A stretch of 63,754 nucleotides of DNA, the filler included, from Ministeria vibrans ATCC 50519 (lineage: Eukaryota; Protista; Filasterea): assembly GCA_943704425.1 (NCBI GenBank). It is 14 parts of 14 records of this genome, joined end to end, with 100 filler letters (N's around TTAATTAATTAA, not from the genome) between each part and the next. Parts side by side here need not be neighbours in the genome. Positions count along the whole stretch, not along the records: positions 11,120 to 32,981 come from CALSCP010001971.1; 13 more parts are not named here. The stretch is one strand, 5' to 3'. The stretch's first letter is position 1; every line of letters starts with the position of its first letter. Shown in pieces: positions 11,381 to 23,950 of this stretch. The notes under the pieces are model-generated. The model saw only the letters and a list, made by a program, of their open reading frames with translations, did no database searches and was not told the DNA's origin. The translations under genes were made by a program, and so were the position numbers.

Positions 11381-11535
11381 AACGAGAGCACTCAATAATA
11401 ATCGATAAATAATAGGAATAAAAAATATTATTATTATAATGCGTATGCAAAAGTACTAGTACAATACTTCCGTCGTAACTTCAATATGAATATAATTATT
11501 ATTCTACAAAAAAAAAACAGATACACCTTTAGGCT

Positions 11536-12562
11536 TTAGGCAACCAGCTTGCGCCTCAGCGAAATTTGCTCGTCGAGGAGGAATCCATTGCGTGCGAGGT
11601 ACACGGCAACGCCGCCGTGTTTCGCGTGAAGCGCATGTAAAAATCGCTGCATTGTCGCAGCACGAGCGCCTTCAAAACTTGGATCAAGTCGAACGCTCGC
11701 CAGCTCTTGCCTCATCCGCGCTCGTGCGTCGCCTGCCAGGTTTGTCTGGGTCGCAACATAGTCGGCGACCACTTCTTCGTCGGAAGCACCACACAGCTTG
11801 AGTACCAGTGCACAAACCACTCCCGTTCGGTCTTTGCCATGAGCACAGTGTACAAGAGCAGGTAGGGCAGCGGGCCCGTTGAGTGCTCGCAGGGCTCGTA
11901 CAATCCCTCGACCACAGTGTTCCAGGAAGCCCTCGTACTGCGCCTCAATGCCCTGCTGATTGATGACACGTTCCACAGCAAAACACTGGGCAAACTGCGT
12001 GTTGCACACCTTGTCCAGAAAGTACAGTGGCACAATACTCAGCTTCTCGCAGAGCGATAGTCGTTTGAGAACTGCACACAGTGAATGAGAGGGGAGAAGG
12101 ATGAGTCGCTCGACGCCCAACGACACACGCCCGTACCAAATTGAGCCACAAACGAACTGTCCAGCACGGTAGCAAAGACGACGCGTCTCTTGGGCTCGCG
12201 CTGGGCATTGGCGTGGACCAGGGCGTCGCCGTATTCGTCGTATCGCGCCCATTCCGAGGCGGTGTGCGGCTCAAAGAGCTCACGCAGCGACTTCGAGGCA
12301 TCCGTGGCCGCAGGAAAGGGCCCGTGGTAGTCACGCGGACTGCGAAGATCCACAATGGTCCGTATGTCCAGCTTGTCCGTGAGTGTTTCAGCATCTACGA
12401 GACACCGGTCAGTTCGCAAACGACACTGATCAAAGCACAATCAAAGATGGCACCATCGTCGTTGAGAAAATCGGGTCTTGCACTCCGATACATTAGTCCC
12501 GGTTTCATCTTGGTCGTACACCAGGCGACGTCACGAAAGTTGTCGAGAGACTTGAGAGACAT
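11536..12562 (-). CDS. Tyrosine/serine protein phosphatase, Y_phosphatase3 (IphP/MptpB-like) family, 2 introns
   Basis: NFRDV, LMYRSARPD, IRTIVDLRS, catalytic HCAHGKDRTG, VVADYVAT. Confidence 0.92.
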
Positions 12563-12789
12563 ATTAAAATGATTAAAAGAGTGACGAATAAGAACAAAAT
12601 CTAAAAATGCCGGTTGATTCAGCTCGCAGTTGACAGCTGTAAACTATCAAGCATTGACTATTAACCAATGTCGTCAGTACTCGATTGTCTAGAAAAGTTG
12701 AAGGTGCGTGTGTATCAGTGAAGAGATTGGATTATTTTGAATAGTAGTTAGTTCTCAATAAATGAATAATATTGAATATCAAACTATTC

Positions 12790-14063
12790 ATGCTCTTTTT
12801 GCGACGGTCGCTGACTCGGCTACCGGCCTTGCGGCGGGCTCTCTCGTCCGCCTCGCCCCCCGCTGCCGCCGCCACTCCGCTTCCCTCGCGTGTGTGCAGT
12901 GGCTGTGGCGTCGCCATGCAGACAGCGGACCACACGGCGCCTGGCTTTGTGCCGGCACGTCAACCCAAGCGCAAACGCATCGTGCTGCACGACAAGGAGG
13001 GCTCTGCGTCCACCGTCATCCCCCTCACACTCGACCAGCAGCTCAAGCTGCTTCATGCCGAGAACATGGACACCCCCGAAGACGCCAAGTCCTTCTTGGG
13101 CGACGATCTTCTGCTGCAGGTGGGGCGCGCCACTCCACACGCTAACCCACTCCTTACTCACTCACTCACTCACTCACTCACACACACACACACACACACA
13201 CCGCCCCTGCGTAGAGCCTCCTTTTCGACTCCAAAGACTACGTTGACGAGCTTCCACGCGACCAGCAGGGCGCCAAGCAACGCCCGATCAGAGCAGACGA
13301 CACAGACGACGCCTTGGCCGTCGGTGTTGACGAGCTCACGCGCGGCGAAGAACTCGCGTTTGCTTTCAGCGATCAGACGCTGCCGGGCGAAGCCACTGCG
13401 ATCGACGTCAAAGAAGCACTCACAGGCTACGACGAGGCCCTGTCACAGCACGAACAGAGCATTGAGGACCGCCAGGATCACCTTCAGCGTCGCCTGAAGA
13501 AGGCCCAAGCCGAGGCACAGCCGTCCCCACGACCGTCTCAGCCGTCGGACAGTAGGACGCCCGAGAACTCCACGTTAGCGTCGAGCGAAGAAGAGTTGCC
13601 GGAAGAGTTGTCCCATTTTGACTCGCCCGAAGACGAAATGGTGGTGTGCCAGCGGTGCTACCGTATGCGTCACCAGGGCGACGAGGGGCCCGTCCATGTG
13701 ACTGCACCCGAGATTGGCCTCAGCGAATTACACGATACACTAAAGAGGGCCATCGAGAGCCCCACCAAGCGCAAGCACGCCGTCGTCCTCCACGTCGTCG
13801 ATCTCGCAGACTTTCCCCTCTCCTACATCCGCGACCTCGACAAGCAGATTCCCGAAGACCTCCCGACTATCATTGTCGTCAACAAGGGCGACATCATCGG
13901 CACCAAGCACGCCGAAGACCCGTACGCCTTCCTTTTTCTTCTTCTCTTTGTTTCTCTCTCTCTCTCTTCTATCATTTTGTTTCTCTCCCTCTCTCCCCTG
14001 TATCGCTTTCTTTCTCTCTCTCTCTCTCTCCCTTATCACTTTCTTTCTCTCTCTCCTTTATCA

Positions 14064-14131
<68 letters not shown>

Positions 14132-15418
14132 CTCTTTTTTTTTCTCTCTCTCTCTCTCCTTCATCACTTTCTTTTTCTCTCTTGTTTTTCTTTCTTGTTT
14201 TTCTCTCTCTCTTCTATCACTTTGTTTCTTTCTCTTCCTTTTCTCGATCGCTTTATTTCTCCCTTGTCATTCTTGCGTCTTTCCTTCTCTCGTTGTCCGC
14301 TTCTTTTGATACCTACATACACAGATTCACACTCACGCTCAAATTACCACACTCACACCAAACACATTAAGCACACTTTTGCACACCACACCACACACAA
14401 TCACACATACTCACACCTACCCCAATGACTGACCATGTACATTCTTTTGCAACGTAGAACGGGCCGGATTCGAGCGTGGGTGCGCCAGACGGGTCTCGAA
14501 GCGGGCATCACCGACATTGAGGACTACGCCATGCGCGTTGTGTGCTCACGTAATGGAGCTGGCATTACATCGCTTATTCGCTTTATTCGCAAACTTCGTC
14601 GTCATCCTCGTCAAAGCGTTATTGTCGTCGGACGCACCAACGTCGGCAAGTCGTCCCTCGTCAACCGTCTGCTGCCCTCCTTCCGCGGCCGCGGGCGACG
14701 ACCCCGTGCGACCACATGCCATCTGCCCGGCACCACACTCGGTAACGTTGCCTTTACCATTGGCGAGGAGACTTCCATCGAACCCGCCGTCTCGTCCGAT
14801 GCCAGTCTCAGCGACGTCCCCGTCATGCTTGACACACCCGGCGCCACCTGTGCCAGCGGCGTCCTCCCTTTCCTCACGCCCCGCGAAGGCGCCCAGCTCG
14901 TCGCCAACAAACCCCTCACACCCATCACCTTCTCCATGAAGCCCGGTCGCACTATGTTCCTCGGTAGCATTGCTCGTATCGACTTTCTGCACGGTGCCGA
15001 CCACGCTTCTTTCACCGTCTACGCCTCAAGCCACGTTCGCGTCCACGTCACGAACACCAACAAGGCCGACCGCGTCTATGCCAAACACGCTGGCACTCCC
15101 ATGCTCTCCCCTCCCCACGGTGGTCCTGATCGTCTTGCCGCCCTCCCCAAAATGTCTTCGCCCACTCCCTACTTGGACATCAAAACGATAGGACCACGCG
15201 AGAGCTCGCGCGACATTGTCTTTGGTGGCCTTGGCTGGGTCGCCGTCGCCGGTCCACGCGACTGTACCCTCCGCGTGTGCGCGCAGCAGCTCAGCGGTCG
15301 CGACATCTGTACCCGTCCCGCCCTTGCGCCCTTTGCCGTGCGCTATCAGGGGCCTCGCATCCGCAGTGGTGACCGTGCCCGTCACTTTGGCAGTGCAAAG
15401 GGCGAAAACTTGTTTTAA
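12790..15418 (+). CDS. NOA1: NOA1/YqeH/Gep3 circularly permuted GTPase (mitoribosome assembly), exons 12790-13119, 13215-13921, 14458-15418
   Basis: Arg-rich mitochondrial presequence, CSGCG...CQRC zinc ligands, VVDLADFP, NKGD (G4), GRTNVGKSS (G1), PGTT (G2), DTPG (G3), DIVFGGLGWVAV. Confidence 0.93.
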
Positions 15419-15707
15419 ACTCCTGTACCACAAACATTAAAAAATTTCAATTCTTTTTATCAGTATTTCTCCGCTCGCGCTCGAGGCCTTAGAATGTGTT
15501 TTTCATGAGCTGTTTGTGTTGTTTTTCTTCGTGTGCGATTGATAATAAATTCAACATACTTCGACATTAATAATTATTATTACTATCTTTATCTTATAAT
15601 AATAAACTTGAACAAATTATTAATAATAATAATAAAAATTATTATGGTTTTCTTGTTGCTTTTTCATTATTAATTCAACATAATTATATTTTGATGCATT
15701 AGCACTG

Positions 15708-18700
15708 CTAGTGAAAGAGCGACGCAACCTGAGCCAGCAACTGGTCGGGTGCAGGTCGGTTGCGCGACGGAAGGGGTTCTTCAGGGGATGCCTCAGCAGC
15801 AGCTTGCCCCTCGCCATGTTCGCGCTCCCGCTGCCGCTGCGCACAAAAGGCACGATAGGCATCCGTAGTGGGCAACGTGCGCGTTGGAGGAAGGCTCACT
15901 CGTGACAGAAGTCGCGGGTGGAAGTCGTCGTCGGCAGCAACGCTCTCTTGTACAAGGTCCAGTGCCCGTTTCACACGCGCCAGCTTGTCCGTGCGCGACG
16001 ATACCACAATGTCCACAAGACTCACACGATCGCCACTGGTTCCTCCGGCCCGCAGACGCAATGGATCACCCACAAAGGGCACCATCTTCAACGAGGGCTG
16101 CTGCTGTCGCACCAAATGCACATCCCACGGTCCTACCGCGCCCAGTGCACGCTCATCCGCCTCGAGGGGTCGCAGCTCACCACGCTCCACATCGACCGCT
16201 CGCTCGCAGACAAACACGTCGCGAGCACAAAAGTCGGCGGGCCACCGATGCTGCAGCAGGTCCGCACCGAGCACTGCACAGCGTCGCGCAATGTCTGCAA
16301 CAGTAAACACCGTGAGCGCCGACGGTGTGGCCACCAGAATCACTTCGTTTGGGTAGAATTTGGCAAAGGGCGGACGATGAATCTCATGAGGTCGCTTCAT
16401 GGGCACGCCCGCAAACTGAATCTGCTTGTCGGTCGACGGTGCCGTCCAAATGGCCACAATGCGCATAAGCGCACCCGCACGCACCAGCGCCACCGTGTCA
16501 CCCACGGAGTAGGGCACCCCATTTAGAAAGATGAGCGAGAAGTACTGACACTTGCCAATGTCCGTCTCCTCGTCGAGCGCCGAGTCGGGTGCCGCAGTGC
16601 GCACGTCTTGCGGCGCCAGCATTTTGCTCATTTGCGGTAGTTGCCGCGGACCGAGTCGGTCGCAAGAGGTCGCCACGGGCACACGGCGCAACACGAGTCG
16701 TTCGGGACGCGCCTCGAGATGCACACGGGACTGTACCGACAACTCTAGTGTCTTGATGCCCACGAGAATCTGACGCTGTTCAACAAAGCGATTCTCGCAC
16801 AAATAAACATGCTCACTCGCCAGGCCCACTGGAACCATCTTGACATACTCGCGCGAATGCATCACAAGACACTTGCCCGATAGCAAGGCGACACTGTGGC
16901 CCGCAAACAACTGCCCAATAAACACCTCCTGTCCGTGGAATGAACGCGCCGTCTGATGATTCGCCTCGGCCGGTCGGTAAAAGTACGTGCCAACGGCCCA
17001 GCGAATGCCTCCCGCCCGCTGGTCTTCAAGAATCTTCTCTAGACACATAATGCGGTGACCCGTTGCCAGACCTAAATCCACATAGACAAAATCGCCGGGA
17101 GTGTACGTGACGCCGCTCACCATGACCGACGCGACCCCAACCGAATGCTTCAGCGTCTCCTCATCCGCCATCAGATGTTGCAGTGGCTCGCGCTTCAGCT
17201 GCACCGCCATCTCCGACGAGTGTAACACAGGCAGGTTAGTGCACACAAGCTCGTCACGTGCGTCCAGGTACAACTGCTGCAGCGCAATCGAGTCGGCGTA
17301 CAGCTGCTGATCGGGTGTGAAGGCACGTCGCGTGTTCTCGAACACCAGGTTCATATCGCGATCAAACTCGAGGAAGTTGTTGTACTGATGGTGTTGCACA
17401 CGCTCGCGAATGGACGCCAGGTCCACAGCATCCACCACCAGCGAGTGGTACGCGGGGTCTTCAAGCCGTGTGGGTGCATGTAAAAATCCCGCGGAGAGCA
17501 CTCGCGGCTCGGGTGTGCTTTCGGCGACACGACAGGTCAACACCTCGTGCAGCAGGGCACTCACACACGAGTGTGTCGAACGCACATTCTTGCTGGAGTC
17601 AATCACCACGCCAAGTTGCTGAGCGGCACGAGGCATCGACAGCGACAGCAGGCGCACGTCAATCAATTCGGGAGTGTCAACGTTCGCCGAGCGCAACAGC
17701 GCTGAGGTAACATGGTCGAGAGCCGCAAGCATGTCGGCCGCAAAGGCCGCCGCCGACATGTACGCGCCTTGGCGACACTGTTCCACCACACCGTGCACCG
17801 TATGCTCATGCTCCACGCCCGCACTCACATGTGGATTGCCGCTCCCAAAGATTCCGTCAAGTGTCTCCAGCACACGCACACCGTCGCCCGTGCGAAACGA
17901 CGCCACATGCTGAAGCAGCGCCGCAATGCACACTTCTTCAATGTTTGCGGTGCGACCTGCAAGATGTACCGCAGCCGAAAACAAGGCGTCCGCCACCGCG
18001 TCGTGGCCCACGCACACGTCCACAAGCGCATTCAACAGCGTCTCCTCGACGGCCACCACACACTGGTAGTCGGTCGAGGCGGGTGGAAACAGCGTCGCTG
18101 CCTTGCGTATCACGCTGCACACGTCGCGTGTGAAAGCTGCAAGATTGCGGTAATGACCTAGTCGCAGCTTGCAGTGCACTTCGGCAAGTGAGAGAACTCC
18201 GACGAAACTGGAACCGCCGTTGAGTGTCCACAGTGCCTGACACACCAACTGTGCACCGCTGTCGAGACGCTTCGACAAAATCGCGTCCATGACACGCTCC
18301 ATGCGCACAGACACCTCGCACAGATTGCGACGCTCCAACGACGTGAGTGGTGGCAACGCGTTCACTCCCTCCTCCTCCAATTGTTGAAAGAAGGCAGTGT
18401 GCACCGTAAGTGTTGCAGGTACAATCGTGTGCGAGCGCCATCCAGGCAGGTGAACAGCACGCTCGCCATTCAGATTGACCTGTGCCATGTTATTCGTCTC
18501 CTCCACAAAGTACGCCTCAAGCTGGCGCATGAGATCCGCTCGTCCCACGCGAGTCTCGTCCGCACCCACGTTCAAGGCGTCAACACCCAGATCAGCCCCA
18601 ACGCCACCATTTGTAAACGCTGTCGACGACGCGCACCGATCCACCGCAGCGATGCGCAGCACACGGAGAATGTCCGCGTCAAACGCCTCCTCGGTAGTGT

Positions 18701-21700
18701 ACTCGCAGCGCACCAGATGCTCTTGAACATCCATCATGTCGAGTGGCTGAGACCAGGCACCACGCGCCGTTGGCAACAAACCAAACTCGTCGAGGACACT
18801 CTGCTGAAATGCAGGAACACAACGAGGCGCAGTCAAAAGGAGCGATGCCATTGAACAGAGTGACTCAGCCCGCTGACGCACCAGTGCAAAGCGCGTGCGC
18901 AAACGCCGTTGCAAGGGCGCATCGCCCGCCGATAGGTCCACAAGACGGTCACGCACGGCCAGGATGGCAAGACGTTCGTCCACAAGACGCTCCATGGTGG
19001 CAGCGTCACGTGAAATTGCCGAAAATATATGCTCGCCACGTTCGCTTCGACGTGCACACTCCTGATTCCACGCCTCCAGCACAGCAATGGTGCGCTTGAG
19101 GAGCACCACAAAATCAGAGAGGGACGCGCACGCACCGCTATCTATACAGCGTTGGAGTGCCCTCAGATCAAGCGGCTCTGCCCAAAGGCTATAGTAGGCG
19201 GCAGCGTCGGCGTCGCACTGGATTTCACTTGCACGCGGCGCAACACAATTGAAGTGAACGTGGCCACCGCTGCCGGCGGTGTCCGCCTGCCATTGTAGTA
19301 GCGTTTGCAACAAATCTTGTTGAAGTTGGACCGCCGTCACGCCACTGCCCAATAGACGTGTGCTGAGTGCCGCTGTACACAGCAGGGGTGGCGCACGCGC
19401 AAGATGCGTAGGGAGTGTGCGTGCCTTCCCACGAGGAGGAGCACTCGAATGTCCGCACGAGCTAGAGGCAAGTGCGTGAGTGGGTGAGACGCGCGTGGTG
19501 AGGGGACCAAAGTGCGCAACGAGAGGCCACTGTCGCGCAAGAGCCGCTTGGAAGGCCGCGCGAAGGGTGGTTGCATCTGTGTAGATGGCGGAACCCTCCA
19601 CATTGTACATGGTGGCGTTGCGGAAAATAAGCATCATGTCTGACTCGAACTGGCCAACTTGCTGGTAGGCGCCGCTGCGGAGACGCTGCTGCACCGTGCG
19701 AATGTCCATGGGTGAAGAAATGACGCGGTAGTAGTCGGGGTACTCTTCCGCGTCCGGCATCACATTGAAGGCGTCCAGAAGGCGATACCCTTCGCGCGGT
19801 TCACGCAGCGTGCCCAAATATGCGAGAATTGCATCACCAATGGCTCGCACAGGCACTGGCATGCTGTACGTCATTGAAGCGTCGGACGCAGCGGCATTGG
19901 CAGGGTAGGGCGTGCCGAACGACGACGGCTCAACCTGACTGACGAGAGTTCGGGTGTGAATGCGAGGCAACAGATGATCACAGGTGGTCTGAAGGACGGT
20001 GAGGAGCGCGGTTGCGGCCACGTGAGGGCCCGTGCCCGACGAGTACGCATGGAGGGCGTTGGTGAGGACCGCGCGACAGTCGCGTGCAAACATGGAAAAA
20101 TCCAGGTAGTGGCCGCTCTGCAGGCGCTCTTCGACCGTGGCAAAGTCGTTGGCGCTGTCGGCATGGACGAAGAGTGAACGCGGTTTCTCGGCGCCCACCT
20201 CATTGGCACTTCGGTGGCGAAACATGTCAGCAAGTTCGCGACCCGACTCGTCACGATAACACACAATCGTCTTGAAGGCGCGACGACACGCGAGTGCGGT
20301 GTCAAGCATACCCGAGTCAGACGAAGCGGCGGTGCCGCTAGCGCCAATGACGAGTGGACCGTCGGCCGGACCGCCCCCACCGGATCCCGCAGCGCTACTG
20401 CCGCCGGTAGCGATGGCCGTGGCAAGTGCCACTGGGGACAAGTGCTCCTTGCGCAGGCTGGTGAAGAGCGTCTTCATTTCACGCGCGCCCTTGTGTAGTA
20501 CTGTGTCGGGCGCAAAGCCACTGAGCGTGTTGTCAAGCACGCGATAGCAGTCGACAATAAAGCGCCCCGGATTCATGTACTTGCTTCGCTTGAGGCGGTC
20601 AAGAATCTTGCCAAAGCCCAGCGGCTCCTCAGCCATCTGGTAGTAGAGAACGTTGTTCTCGGGATCGGGTGGCGTGAGCATCTCATCGAAGATGCACTCG
20701 TCCGCTGGGCCCTTGACTTCACGCAGTGCGTCAAGAATCAGTCGAATCCCTGCGCGCATTGGCTTGCGCTCAACCGGGTCAATCTCACGAAAGACATCCT
20801 GCTCGACGTGCGTCGTCTCACCACCACGACGCGTAAACTTGAGATGGGTTGTCTTTGGCTTGCGACCACCACCAGTTGAACCAGCGGCAGCGGCGGCCGC
20901 CGCCGCAGCAGCAGCAGTAGCGCCGCCTGCACCTGCTCCACGCCCGCTGCTCGACAATATTGTGCCTGCTGCGGCGGTCGCTGCGGCAGCCGTAGCCGCT
21001 GCTGCACCCATGACAGCGGAGGCAGAAAGATCACCATCGATGGTAGAGACGCTCGGCATCGAATCTTGTAAAAGTTTGAGTTGTTTGCGTTTGTTGCGGC
21101 GAAAGCCATCGCGCAGGGAACGCGCATCGTCGTACACCTCGGAGCCAGCTTCATTGAACTCAAAGGCATTCTGAAACATGAGCTGGATGTCTGCGTCAAA
21201 CTGAGCAAATGACGTGTAGGCGTCCGTCTGGATGCGACGCTGAATGTCCACAATGTCGACGGGCTGTTGGATAATCTGGTAGTACTCGGGCAGTTCGTCG
21301 CGTGTGGGAAGTCGAATGAAAAGCTCGGCACGCACGCGACCATCTGAGTCGGTCTGGGCGACCATGGCGTCGAGCAAAGTGGTGCACAGGCGCTTGAGAT
21401 GAATACCAGAGAGATGCTGAAATACATCGTTTGGGGCGGTCGGGGCACTACTTGCACTCCCAGAGATTCCCTTTGTCAACGGGGGCGCCATGCCCAACGC
21501 ACGCGAGCCTGCACCAAACGACGCTGAGTCCACGCCACCGGTAGGGTTCGTCAGTGGCATAGAGTGGAGCGACAGGGCCACTGCAGAGCCGAGCGGGTTC
21601 GTGACGAGCAACGCGTTGTTGCCATTGTGGGAGTTGTTGTGGAATTGGCTGCTGCTGTTGGGGGTGGCGGTGGCGGCGGTCGCGGCGGTGGCAGTGTTGG

Positions 21701-22214
21701 CATTGGTAATGTCGTGACCAGAGGGAGCACGAGCAGCGCGTCGAGAGCGACGGGCGACGAGATTTTTACGACGCCGTTTGTAGACGGAGGAGAGAGCACG
21801 AGCGTCGATTGCGATCTGCGAACTTGGCTCGTTGTACGTGAGTGCATTGGTAAGCAGCAAGTTGATGTCGTTATCAAACTGCTGGAGGCGCGCGTAGGTG
21901 TTGCCGTCGATGCGACGCTTCACCATGGCCAAGTCGATGGGCTGCTCGATGACGGCGTAGTAGTCGGGCAGCTCCTCTTCCGTGGGCAGCTCGTAGAAGA
22001 CCTCCGAGAGAGCATAGTAGCCACCGCTACCGTCCGAGCCTTGTTCGTTGATGAGAGCATCAAAGAGGTCGATGGCAAAGGCCTTGACCTCGGCCGGTGT
22101 CATCGACGAGATGCTCGAGTTGATCGGGAGCGTTGTCTCAAGCAATCGTGTTGCCGTGGCAAGGTCCTGAATAGCCGCAGGAGATGCTGCCTCGGTGGCG
22201 GGAACAAGCGGAAT

Positions 22215-22248
<34 letters not shown>

Positions 22249-22741
22249 GTGGAGGCTGGCGACGCAGTGGAAGTGGCGGCAGAGCTGCGACGGTCGCGTT
22301 GCGCCGAGGGGGTCCACTCGCCATAGTCGTTGTCGTCCTGATCCGAAGCAAAGTCGTCGTGAATCACTGGCTTGCGTGCGCGTTTGCGACCCGACGACGA
22401 CGCTAATGGCGTTGCAGGTGCGGGCAGAAGATCGGCGCGAAAGGCAAAGAGCGGCGGGGGCGGTGGGGGCAGACGTGCGTTCAGCTTGAGCTCAGCGTAT
22501 TCGCGCCGGACGCGCGCCGCATCCCGGCACGCAGCGCTTCCATGCCGGTGGATCACGCGGTAGATGTCAATCGCATTGAGTAGATCCAGTTCAAAGGCAT
22601 CCACCGACTCGTACGCTTCTGACGCGACCTACATTCGCCAAAAGAGAGAGAGAACGGTTATTTTTTTTTCGTGTGACCATCTCCAGTGTAACTGCTGGCA
22701 AGGAGACCTCAATTTTGCCTCGTCACTGTGCNNNNNNNNNN

Positions 22742-22773
<32 letters not shown>

Positions 22774-23160
22774 CCTGTATCATACTCGTTGGTCGACATC
22801 GGCAAGTGTGAGAGTGGTGGGAGTGACGCTGGACGCTGCGGCGGTGAGGTCGGGAGAGAGTGCGTTGAAAAAGCGCTGGGCGGCCTTGAGGTGTTTGAGC
22901 GCGGTGAACAAGGTGCTGATTTGCGCAGAGACGGGTGCAGGCGCCGCTTGTGTCCCTTGGATTGGCTCGTGGGGTGGAGGGGCATCAATGTGGGTGGTGT
23001 TGGCTCGGAAGGCGTCCGATTCGTCTGCTGCCGCTGCAACTGGTTCAGCTGTCACGACTTGAGTTGCCATGACAGATTCAAGCGGCAGGACGGACGCAGC
23101 TTTACCCACGATCGGTGGCGCAGAAGCAAGGGCCTGCTGAGGTGTGTCAGGGTTGTCCAT
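15708..23160 (-). CDS. PBRM1: Polybromo-1/BAF180-like protein (~2430 aa): ~11 bromodomain-like repeats, 2 BAH domains, degenerate HMG-like end
   Basis: Exon 1 23160-22786, phase-0 intron 22785-22629 (contains a 10-N gap), exon 2 22628-15708. Canonical bromodomains (PDYYAVIEQPIDL...NALTYN; PEYYQIIQQPVD...NAFEFN; PDYYRVISSPMD...NATMYN); BAH1 YTPGDFVYV...FYRPAE...QEVF; BAH2 YSVGDTV...KFYPNEV...VFVCE. Confidence 0.9.
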
Positions 23161-23950
23161 AACCGTTGAACGAAAAACTTTGAAATTCTTAAAATGATTA
23201 GAAGAAGAATAGAACCCATTTATTAATGATACAGTCACCACGCGAAGACACAGCCAGACCGCCTTGCAAACTCGACCGAAACTCTAGAGGTAACATGGGA
23301 GAGCAGTGGCAGGTCATAGTGCTGTGTCGACGCTATCCAGTGAGGCAATCGCAATGGTACGCCATACCCCCAGAGGAGGCTTAGGGCTCTGACACCATGA
23401 AGGTGTCTGTCGGCAAGGAGTGTAAAATGATTAGAAGAAGAAGAAGAATACAACCCATTTATAAATGATTAGAAGAAGAAGACATTAATTATTCCTTGAT
23501 TAAAATGATAAAATCACAAACGAAAAGTGTTAAGCGACAACACAAGCAGTTGTAACACCACTTTCTAAGCTACAGCACCATCAAGAGTTAATGGCCAGAC
23601 GATAAGAAGCCGTTCTGAAAATAATAGGATCACAAAGAAATAATAATATAATAATCAGAAGTTACGTCGTGTATAATACAAGTACAAATCAGTTGCATGG
23701 AAGGCGGGTGAACAGACGGGCTTTCATCGAGTCTATAAAAAAAAGATGAATTGTTGAGAGGTTTTATGGAACTGATGCGCCACGGGGTAAAAGGCGCGCG
23801 TCTGGTAAGTCCTCGCATTTGAGTTGTGTTCCCCTCGCCAAGGCGGATTCCAGTGCGATAGAATAGTCACACGGCCGCACAATTAATAAACGAGTTGGGG
23901 AGAGAGAAAAAGAAACGATATAGAGGGAGAAGAAGAGAAAAAGAGCTACC

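Noticed and set aside
15711-22563. Numerous plus-strand ORFs opposite polybromo and other long CDS
   Set aside because: Antisense shadows of GC-rich coding sequence with no recognisable motifs.
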